From the NCBI GenBank assembly GCA_020635825.1, contig JACJZA010000026.1, positions 1 to 29,908 of the forward strand: 29,908 nt of DNA. Reading direction: 5' to 3'. The notes under the pieces were generated by a model that saw nothing but the letters and a program-made list of their open reading frames with translations, did not search any database and was not told where the DNA came from. The position numbers and the translations under genes were made by a program. This DNA is from Flavobacteriales bacterium. Lineage in GTDB: Bacteria > Bacteroidota > Bacteroidia > Flavobacteriales_E > Vicingaceae. This document shows, piece by piece, positions 18,358-25,223 of this stretch. Within the stretch, counting starts at the first letter, position 1. Every line of letters begins with the position of its first letter.

Positions 18358-18391
18358 CTTCTTTAATTGAAAAGAAAATTGATTAAAGAAG
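18358..18391. other. Perfect 10-bp stem-loop (cttctttaat / attaaagaag, 14-nt loop)
   Basis: Read directly from the sequence. It lies in the ORF-free gap upstream of the ydeI-like gene. Confidence 0.7.
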
Positions 18392-18395
18392 TAGA

Positions 18396-18444
18396 TTAAC
18401 TCCTTTGATAGAATACTGATTATTTTCGGAGTTAAATAAACTCC
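18396..18444. other. Mutually exclusive pairings: ttaactcc (18396-18403) or aactcc (18439-18444) with ggagttaa (18428-18435)
   Basis: There is an 8-bp helix with a 24-nt loop versus a 6-bp helix with a 5-nt loop, and both use the same GGAGTT segment. Neither is followed by a U-tract. Confidence 0.5.
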
Positions 18445-18498
18445 TCATAACATCTTATAAATTCAATTTTATCAAAAGAATCTTTAACTTTAGTCCCA

Positions 18499-18554
18499 TT
18501 AAGATAAAGTCAGCTTCTTTTATTAAAACTACGCTAACGCTGAATTTATCTTAA
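18499..18554. other. Interrupted stem-loop or operator-like palindrome just upstream of the ydeI-like ATG
   Basis: ttaagataaa-gt-cagc (18499-18514) pairs with gctg-aa-tttatcttaa (18539-18554). That gives 10 bp, a 2x2 internal loop and 4 bp, with a 24-nt apical loop, ending 34 nt before the ATG. Confidence 0.6.
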
Positions 18555-18588
18555 CGTCAAACGAAAATCATTAACTTCACTTCTAAAA

Positions 18589-19239
18589 ATGAGACACCAA
18601 ATAGACGAATATTATAACCAAGCACCTTTTTGGCAAAAAGAAATGCAAGTATTAAGAAGTTTGGCCTTAGGTTGTAGTTTAAGTGAAGAATTTAAATGGA
18701 AACAAGCTTGTTATACTTTTCAGAACAAAAACATATTTATCATCAGTGCTTTTAAAAATTATTGTGCGCTCAACTTTTTTAAAGGTGCTTTACTAAGCGA
18801 CACTGAAAACATTTTAATCAAAGCAGGCGAAAACTCACAAGCGGGTCGTCAACTACGCTTTACTTCTGTAAAAGAGATTGTGGAAAATGAAGCCATTATC
18901 AAAGCATACATTTTTGAAGCCATAGAAATAGAAAAAGCCGGGCTTGAAATTAACTACAAAAAAACCGCTGAATTTGATGTTCCCGAAGAGTTACAAGAAT
19001 TTTTTAGCAAAGACAAAAAATTTGAAAAAGCCTTTAAGAGTTTAACTCCAGGTAGACAAAGAGGTTATTTGTTGTTTTTCGCTGCTGCCAAACAATCGAA
19101 AACCAAAAACGAAAGAATCGAAAAATATGTGGGTAGAATTATGAATGGAAAAGGAATTCATGATTGTGTTTGTGGGTTATCCAAGAAAATGCCCAATTGT
19201 GATGGTTCACATAAGCAACTAAAAGAAAATCAGAAATAA
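18589..19239 (+). CDS. DUF1801/YdeI-OmpD-associated family protein fused to a C-terminal CDGSH iron-sulfur motif
   Basis: The body resembles YdeI-type proteins (LTPGRQRGYLLFF, ERIEKYVGRIMNGKG). The last 30 aa carry CVCGLSKKMPNCDGSHK, which is the CxC...S...PxCDGSH signature. Confidence 0.75.
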   Translation: MRHQIDEYYNQAPFWQKEMQVLRSLALGCSLSEEFKWKQACYTFQNKNIFIISAFKNYCALNFFKGALLSDTENILIKAGENSQAGRQLRFTSVKEIVENEAIIKAYIFEAIEIEKAGLEINYKKTAEFDVPEELQEFFSKDKKFEKAFKSLTPGRQRGYLLFFAAAKQSKTKNERIEKYVGRIMNGKGIHDCVCGLSKKMPNCDGSHKQLKENQK

Positions 19240-20129
19240 ATTGCTTTAAATTCGGTTGTCCCATTGCTGTTTATTTCCAACGCAGGGAAAGGAAACTTAA
19301 TAAACCCAAAAGCACCCAAAAGAGTATTAGCGAACTTGCTCTTGGTTTTTATTCGGGTTAAATCCACATCCAACGAAAGATAAAACTGGCGAGTTCGTGG
19401 TGTAGCACTGTAATCAAAAGTTGTTCCGTCTTTTTCAAATACATTATCGTGTCCTCCATACATTCCATCGGCACCATAACCCACTGCAAAATTCAACCAT
19501 TTAGGGAATTTTGTTTCATCCCCTAAAAAAGAAGCGATATTTGCACTCAGCCAATAAGTTTGTCCATTGTAATCTTTTAGCAATTGTTCGTTTAAATTGC
19601 TTCCTAATAAGTTGGGACGAACAGATGGGTAATCAGTGGTATGAAAAGAATATTTGAGCAAAACCCGTTGTTCGTGCCAAGCCAATTGCTGACCAATAAA
19701 TAAAGCCGAACCGGTTGTATTGGCTATCATATCTCCGGTAGAAAAACCCCAATCGGCAGAGTAAGCATCAAACATTTCTACCGAGCTCAACAAAAACAAA
19801 CCCAATGTTCCTCCATACCAAGTTGATTTTTTTTCATTCACTCCACTCCATCTCAATACTTCATAACCGGCTTTTCCCACATAATAAGAAGTCATGGTGT
19901 GCCCCATTTTATCCATTTGCAACCACTCGTTGTTGTCGTTAAAAAAGTGAAAAGAACTTTTTGGAACGCCTTTATACCACAATTGGTTTAACCCTACCAT
20001 CGTGGCAGTATACATTCCGGCTTCAACAGCAACAACTGTTGTTAATCTTTTTTTATTGAGCGTATCGAGTTGGGAGAAACAAGGTTTAGAATGAAAAAAA
20101 CAGCATAATAATAATACCACTATCTTCAT
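19230..20129 (-). CDS. DUF2279-like exported protein
   Basis: I prefer the start at M32 (cat at 20127-20129). It gives the signal-like MKIVVLLLCCFFHSKPCFSQ. The 31 aa added in the ORF track are just a translation of the GC-rich repeat at 20162-20195. The family name is recalled from FHFFNDNNEWLQMDKMGH. Confidence 0.7.
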   Translation of the reverse strand: MKIVVLLLCCFFHSKPCFSQLDTLNKKRLTTVVAVEAGMYTATMVGLNQLWYKGVPKSSFHFFNDNNEWLQMDKMGHTMTSYYVGKAGYEVLRWSGVNEKKSTWYGGTLGLFLLSSVEMFDAYSADWGFSTGDMIANTTGSALFIGQQLAWHEQRVLLKYSFHTTDYPSVRPNLLGSNLNEQLLKDYNGQTYWLSANIASFLGDETKFPKWLNFAVGYGADGMYGGHDNVFEKDGTTFDYSATPRTRQFYLSLDVDLTRIKTKSKFANTLLGAFGFIKFPFPALEINSNGTTEFKAIYF

Positions 20130-20161
20130 CTTATTTAAAGTAAAATATGAGAAACATAAAA

Positions 20162-20195
20162 CTCCCCCTTTATAAAAGGGGGTTGGGGGGATTTT
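20162..20195 (+). repeat. GC-rich three-arm element, copy C (C-arm/loop/G-arm/spacer/G-arm)
   Basis: ctCCCCCtttataaaaGGGGGttGGGGGGatttt. The stem is cccccttt/aaaggggg. It encodes the last 7 codons (NPPNPLL) of the DUF559 ORF. Confidence 0.85.
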
Positions 20196-20553
20196 GCTCT
20201 TTATTATCAATCCACAATTCAATTGTTCTTAAAACATTATTTAATTCAGTTTTTACTTCTTTATCGTCAAATCTAAGAAAAATCAAACCGTAACTTTCTA
20301 ATTCGCTTTGTCTTTTTAAATCTTCTTCATATTTGTAATGGTGACTATCTCCATCAATTTCTATTACTAGATTTAAAGGCTTACAATAAAAGTCAACAAT
20401 ATAATTTAATAATGGCTTTTGCCGATTGAATGTATAACCTTTCATTTGTTTTGCTCGCAAAGATTTCCATAATATTATCTCAGAAAGTGTTGAGTCATTT
20501 CGTAGTTTCCGAGAAAATTCTTTAAGATTTTTGTTATAAGGAATGTGTTTCAT
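20170..20553 (-). CDS. DUF559 (Vsr-like endonuclease fold) domain protein
   Basis: Core LNLVIEIDGDSHHY and GLIFLRFDDKEV are typical of DUF559. The 127-aa ORF is bracketed within 5 nt by the GC-rich elements. Confidence 0.85.
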   Translation of the reverse strand: MKHIPYNKNLKEFSRKLRNDSTLSEIILWKSLRAKQMKGYTFNRQKPLLNYIVDFYCKPLNLVIEIDGDSHHYKYEEDLKRQSELESYGLIFLRFDDKEVKTELNNVLRTIELWIDNKEQNPPNPLL

Positions 20554-20556
20554 TTT

Positions 20557-20589
20557 AATCCCCCTCAGTCCCCCTTAATAAGGGGGATT
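20557..20589 (-). repeat. GC-rich three-arm element, copy D (inverted relative to copy C)
   Basis: aatCCCCCTcagTCCCCCttaataaGGGGGAtt. It contains the perfect 19-bp palindrome tcccccttaataaggggga, starts 4 nt upstream of the DUF559 ATG and ends 1 nt before the OmpA-like stop. Confidence 0.85.
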
Positions 20590-20590
20590 G

Positions 20591-22546
20591 CTAATTTGCA
20601 ATCACCTTAAATTCTGTACGACGATTTTCTGCTCTACCTTCCTCTGTATCGTTAGAAGCAATTGGTTGAGCATCGCCATAACCTTTAGTGGTTAAACGGT
20701 CAGTAGGAACTCCATTTTGAGTAAGGTAATTATAAACGGCTTTAGCACGATTCTCAGAAAGCAATTGATTCGATTTTTTATCACCTACATTATCAGTATG
20801 TCCACTTAACTCAATTTTTAAATTAGGATTAGCCTTTAAAAAAGCAATTAACTTATCTAATTCCACTTTCGACTGAGGTTTTAAATCGTATTTAGCGGTT
20901 TCGAAAAATACATTTTTTAGCACCACACTCTCACCCACTTTTATTTTGTTCATTCCTACGTGTTTTTCAAAAGGCTTATCAATTGTTCCTGAACTCAAAG
21001 TGAAATTTTCAGAATGGAATAAATATCCTGGATGAGAAACGTTTAAAGCATAATCTTGATGAACAGGTAAGCAAACTAAATATTTTCCTGTTACTTCATC
21101 AGCATAAGATTGAACAGCTACTTCTCCAGTTTTTAAATTAATTAATTCAAAACGAGCTGGTAACACTTCTTTGGTTTCTGCATCAAAAACTTTACCTGCT
21201 AAATATGTTACTTTATTGGGTTTCATGTTTTCAGGTAATTCAAAAGCATATAAATCTAAATCACCCATTCCACCCTCTCTATTACTGGCAAAATAGGCAA
21301 GATTACCAGCAGCATCAACTAACAAACTGTTTTCATCATTAAAAGTATTTATTGGATAGCCTAAATTAACAGGAGTCGTCCAATTTCCATTAGCATCTTT
21401 GGTACTCATAAAAATATCTAAACCACCCATACCCGGATGACCATCTGATGAAAAATAAAGGGTTTGATTATCTGGATGTATAAAAACCGATTCCTCTCTA
21501 CCTTCAGTATTAATTACATCACTCAACCTAGTAGGAACAGACCAAACACCACCTTCACTCAACTCACTGGTCCATATATCTTGTTGTTTTACTCCACTTC
21601 TACTTCTCATGCCTCTTACAAAGTACAAAGTTTTTCCATCAGAAGAAAAGGAAGGTTGGCTTTCCCAATGTTGGGAATTAATTGGCCTATTTAAGTTTTT
21701 AGGAGCAGTCCATTTTCCACCAATATTATAGGCATAAAACAAATCACAACTTCCAAAGCCTTTTCTATCAGGTCCATAGCCTTCATAAGGATCTTCACAA
21801 CTTGTAAAAATGATGAATTGTCCATTTGGAGAAATGGTTGGTGCTCCTTCGTTATTAATACTATTTATTCCTTGCATATTTTGAGCTTCCATCCAATTGT
21901 AACCATCATTAATACTTAAATAAAAGTCTTCATTATAGCCTGTATATGTTTTTTTAGAATCCAATCTTCTGGTAAACAACAAATATTTACCATCAGCCGA
22001 AAGAGCAGGAAAATATTCTGGTAATTCAGTATTAACTCCTGCTCCCAAATTAACTGGGTTAAACGGTACAGGATGTTTTAAAGCTTCGATGGCAAACTCA
22101 CAATCTTTCAATCCCTTTTCAGCAAAAGGTTTCATCATTAAAGGTGAATCCGTAAATTTTAAATAATTGATAAAATTAGTTTGAGCTTTTTCATACTCTC
22201 CTTTATTCAACAATAACATACCTAATGAAGCATGAGCATCAGGGAAAAGATCACTCTTTATGGCAATAGATTTCTGATAATGTTCTATGGCTTTGTCATA
22301 ATCAGGTTTTTCGGTATAAACATAAGCCAGTAACAATTCTGCTTCAGCAAAATTGGGGTCTTTTTCTAATGCCTGAATAAAAGTAATTTCTGCCAATTCG
22401 TTATTACGCATATCGTAATGATTTTTGCCTTCTTCGTAAAGCTTAATGGCTTTTTTATTGTTGCTTGTATAATTTTTTTCTTGTGCTTTACAGGAAATAA
22501 AAGCCACCATAAAAGAAAAGACAAAAAGAAAATGTGAAATGCGCAT
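20591..22546 (-). CDS. OmpA-family protein with N-terminal TPR repeats and TolB/PD40-like beta-propeller repeats
   Basis: Lipobox-like AFISC, and TPR-like repeats in aa 30-150. The C-terminal OmpA domain carries LSGHTDNVGD...NQLLSENRAKAV...GRAENRRTEFKV. Confidence 0.88.
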   Translation of the reverse strand: MRISHFLFVFSFMVAFISCKAQEKNYTSNNKKAIKLYEEGKNHYDMRNNELAEITFIQALEKDPNFAEAELLLAYVYTEKPDYDKAIEHYQKSIAIKSDLFPDAHASLGMLLLNKGEYEKAQTNFINYLKFTDSPLMMKPFAEKGLKDCEFAIEALKHPVPFNPVNLGAGVNTELPEYFPALSADGKYLLFTRRLDSKKTYTGYNEDFYLSINDGYNWMEAQNMQGINSINNEGAPTISPNGQFIIFTSCEDPYEGYGPDRKGFGSCDLFYAYNIGGKWTAPKNLNRPINSQHWESQPSFSSDGKTLYFVRGMRSRSGVKQQDIWTSELSEGGVWSVPTRLSDVINTEGREESVFIHPDNQTLYFSSDGHPGMGGLDIFMSTKDANGNWTTPVNLGYPINTFNDENSLLVDAAGNLAYFASNREGGMGDLDLYAFELPENMKPNKVTYLAGKVFDAETKEVLPARFELINLKTGEVAVQSYADEVTGKYLVCLPVHQDYALNVSHPGYLFHSENFTLSSGTIDKPFEKHVGMNKIKVGESVVLKNVFFETAKYDLKPQSKVELDKLIAFLKANPNLKIELSGHTDNVGDKKSNQLLSENRAKAVYNYLTQNGVPTDRLTTKGYGDAQPIASNDTEEGRAENRRTEFKVIAN

Positions 22547-22556
22547 AAATGTTGAT

Positions 22557-23210
22557 TTAAGGTATTTTCATGTATTTGTGGGTTTGTAATGAAATATTCC
22601 ATTGAGGGTTATTCATTACATAATCCACCAAAATAGGCATTACCTCATCGGCTTTGCTCCATTCAGGCTGAAGATACAATTTACATTTGTTGTTTACAAA
22701 TTGAGCTTGTTCTTCTGCCCATTTAATATCGTGTTTATTGTGTATAATTACTTTTAGCTCGTGTGCCAACTGATAATTTTCTTTTAAAGGCAACATAGTT
22801 TTTTTAGGAGACAAACAAATCCAATGCCACTTTCCTGTAATGGTATAAGCTCCTGAAGTTTCTAAAAATAGCTCGACTCCTTCTTTTAATAATTGGGTGG
22901 TTAAAGGATTTAAGTTATAGATAGTTGGCTCACCTCCTGTTACAACAATAGATTGAGCAGGATGCTTTTTAACATTACTTACGACTTGTTCAATTAAAGT
23001 TAAAGGATGTAAATTAGGGTTCCAACTTTCTTTTACGTCGCACCAATGACAGCCTACATCACAACCTCCTACTCTGATAAAATAGGCTGCTTTACCCGTA
23101 TTAAACCCTTCCCCTTGAATGGAATAAAATTCTTCCATAATAGGAAGTTTTATTCCTTGTTCTAATTCAGTTTTTTCTTGAATAGATGATATGTTTATGT
23201 CATTTATCAT
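22557..23210 (-). CDS. queE: 7-carboxy-7-deazaguanine synthase (radical SAM)
   Basis: MEEFYSIQGEGFNTGKAAYFIRVGGCDVGCHWCDVKESW contains the QueE-type CxxxCxxC cluster. Length is 217 aa. Confidence 0.9.
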   Translation of the reverse strand: MINDINISSIQEKTELEQGIKLPIMEEFYSIQGEGFNTGKAAYFIRVGGCDVGCHWCDVKESWNPNLHPLTLIEQVVSNVKKHPAQSIVVTGGEPTIYNLNPLTTQLLKEGVELFLETSGAYTITGKWHWICLSPKKTMLPLKENYQLAHELKVIIHNKHDIKWAEEQAQFVNNKCKLYLQPEWSKADEVMPILVDYVMNNPQWNISLQTHKYMKIP

Positions 23211-23260
23211 GTGCCGTAAAATTAAGAAACCCTATCTTTATATTTATAAATAGATGAAGA

Positions 23261-23809
23261 ATGCTGAAAAACAACTTTATTTTATTGCTTTTTTTGGGGT
23301 TATTCTCTTGTGTTTCTGTTGAATTTACAGAACCACAACCGTTTTGGACGGAGAATTTAAATGAAATTCCATCACAACTTCATGGCACTTACTATTCAAA
23401 AGAAAATGACACCATTGAAATAGGAAAAAATTATTACAAAGTACTCAATACCAATGATAACTCTATTTTAGAAAAAAATCCCTCAAGAAAAATTGAACTT
23501 TCAGACAGTTTAATTATGAGAAAAATAGGACGTTATATTTTTTTAAATGAAAAAGAAAAGGAAAATTGGTCAGTTAGTTTAATTACATTAAATAAAGAGA
23601 AAAGCATTAAAATAGGTTTTATAACAGGTTCTTCCGAAGAACTCAATTCTAAATTGAGTTTTATTTCAGTTCAAGAGATAGTTACCGATGAATCCGGAAA
23701 AGCGACCAAGTTTATATTAACACCTACTAAAAAAGAACTCAAGCGATTGATTAAGAAAAATGCTTTCGAAGAGGCTTTGGTTTTATTTCCAATAAAAACT
23801 ACACGATAA
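23261..23809 (+). CDS. Hypothetical lipoprotein
   Basis: Lipobox LGLFSC. I recognise no family. The 3' end overlaps the ilvA stop convergently by 11 nt. Confidence 0.6.
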   Translation: MLKNNFILLLFLGLFSCVSVEFTEPQPFWTENLNEIPSQLHGTYYSKENDTIEIGKNYYKVLNTNDNSILEKNPSRKIELSDSLIMRKIGRYIFLNEKEKENWSVSLITLNKEKSIKIGFITGSSEELNSKLSFISVQEIVTDESGKATKFILTPTKKELKRLIKKNAFEEALVLFPIKTTR

Positions 23810-25070
23810 GCTTTAGTAAATGAGGTTTCCCATTTAAATACTCTCCTAAAATACCCTTATCCATCATTCTTAACATCAAAGGTTGTAGGTCTTCATTGTT
23901 TTTTAATTGAATCCCTACTACGGCAGGTCCTTTTTCTCTGTTGGTTTTTTGAGAAAATTCAAAGAAAGTTATATCATCATTTGGACCCAACACTTCATTA
24001 ACAAACTCTTTTAAAGCTCCAGCCCGTTGAGGAAAATTAACAATAAAGTAATGTTTTAAACCTTGGTATAACAATGCTCGTTCTTTTATTTCTTCCATTC
24101 GAATAATGTCGTTATTACTCCCACTTACAATACAAACTACATTTTTTCCTTTGATTTGTTTTTCGTATTGGTCTAATGCTGCTAATGTTAAAGCACCTGC
24201 CGGTTCCACCACAATTGCATCTTTGTTGTATAATTTCAATATAGTTTCACAGACCTTTCCTTCAGGGACCAACACCATATCATGTAAAGTTTCTTTACAT
24301 ACTGAAAAAGTTAAATCCCCTACTTTTTGTACTGCCGCACCATCCACAAATTTATCAATAGTAACTAATTTAGTGTTTTCTCCATTTTTTATAGAAGTAC
24401 TCATTGATGGTGCTCCTTCAGGCTCTACACCAATTATTTTGGTGTCTGGAGATAATTCACTGAAAACTGAAGCAACTCCTGCAGCCAAGCCTCCTCCACC
24501 AACAGGCACAAAAACAAAATCAATTTGTTCTTTTGCTTGTTCTAATATTTCTAGGGCTACAGTTGCTTGTCCCTCTATCACTTTTTCATCATCAAAGGGT
24601 GGTATAAAAGTCATTTGTTGAGCTTCACAATATTCTTTAGCTGCAACTTGAGCATCATCAAAAGTGTCACCTATTAATCGAATCTCAACAAATTCTTCCC
24701 CAAACATTTTTACTTGTTCAATTTTTTGCTGAGGTGTTGGCGAAGGCATAAAAATGACACCCCTTACTTTTAATTGCTTACATGAAAAAGCTACCCCTTG
24801 AGCATGATTACCTGCACTTGCACAAACTACTCCTTTATCTAATTCTACTTTAGATAAACTACTTATTTTATTGAATGCCCCTCTTATTTTGTATGACCTT
24901 ACTGATTGAAGATCTTCTCGTTTAAGAAAAACATTACATTGGTGCTCTTTCGACACATTCACATTAAGCATCAGAGGAGTTAGATTTGCAACTCCTTTTA
25001 ACTTATCGTGTGCTTTCTTTACATCAACTAATTGAGGGTAATAGGTAGTTTTAGTAAGCATTTTATTCAT
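23799..25070 (-). CDS. ilvA: Threonine ammonia-lyase (threonine dehydratase), biosynthetic type with C-terminal regulatory domain
   Basis: PLP-lysine motif SYKIRGA, glycine loop VPVGGGGLAAG, and a single ACT-like C-terminal domain. It is the last gene of the ilv cluster. Confidence 0.92.
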   Translation of the reverse strand: MNKMLTKTTYYPQLVDVKKAHDKLKGVANLTPLMLNVNVSKEHQCNVFLKREDLQSVRSYKIRGAFNKISSLSKVELDKGVVCASAGNHAQGVAFSCKQLKVRGVIFMPSPTPQQKIEQVKMFGEEFVEIRLIGDTFDDAQVAAKEYCEAQQMTFIPPFDDEKVIEGQATVALEILEQAKEQIDFVFVPVGGGGLAAGVASVFSELSPDTKIIGVEPEGAPSMSTSIKNGENTKLVTIDKFVDGAAVQKVGDLTFSVCKETLHDMVLVPEGKVCETILKLYNKDAIVVEPAGALTLAALDQYEKQIKGKNVVCIVSGSNNDIIRMEEIKERALLYQGLKHYFIVNFPQRAGALKEFVNEVLGPNDDITFFEFSQKTNREKGPAVVGIQLKNNEDLQPLMLRMMDKGILGEYLNGKPHLLKLIV

Positions 25071-25077
25071 TTTAATT

Positions 25078-25214
25078 TGTCATCCTGAGCAAAGCTTTAT
25101 CTCCATTAAAGTGTAGGAATAAAACGCTGCGAAGATTTTTTTTTTTAGATTCTTCACTTTATTTTGTTCACACTTCGATAAACTCAGCGTGACAAAATTG
25201 CGTTCAGAATGACA
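25078..25214. repeat. Composite REP-like element (tgtcat-ctgag family), copy 2, with duplicated 3' end
   Basis: It starts tgtcatcctgagc and contains cttcgataaactcagcgtgaca (25173-25194), which shares 15 identical nt with copy 1. A second terminus ttcagaatgaca lies at 25203-25214. It fills the ilvC-ilvA spacer. Confidence 0.75.
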
Positions 25215-25223
25215 TTTATACTA

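Noticed and set aside
17904-18564. Long-range 9-10-nt complementarities between the two edges of the gap (tgactttatc/gataaagtca and tcgtttgac/gtcaaacga), considered as a giant closing helix.
   Set aside because: The two pairings are in non-nested order, so they cannot both form without a pseudoknot. Single 9-10-mers are about what chance predicts for 780 bp of AT-rich sequence. I report them only as a motif recurrence.
20130-20222. N-terminal 31 aa of track ORF 19230-20222 (MNCGLIIKSKIPPTPFYKGGVLCFSYFTLNK).
   Set aside because: This stretch is simply the GC-rich repeat copy C read in another frame, and it overlaps the DUF559 gene. The internal ATG at 20129 gives a proper signal peptide.
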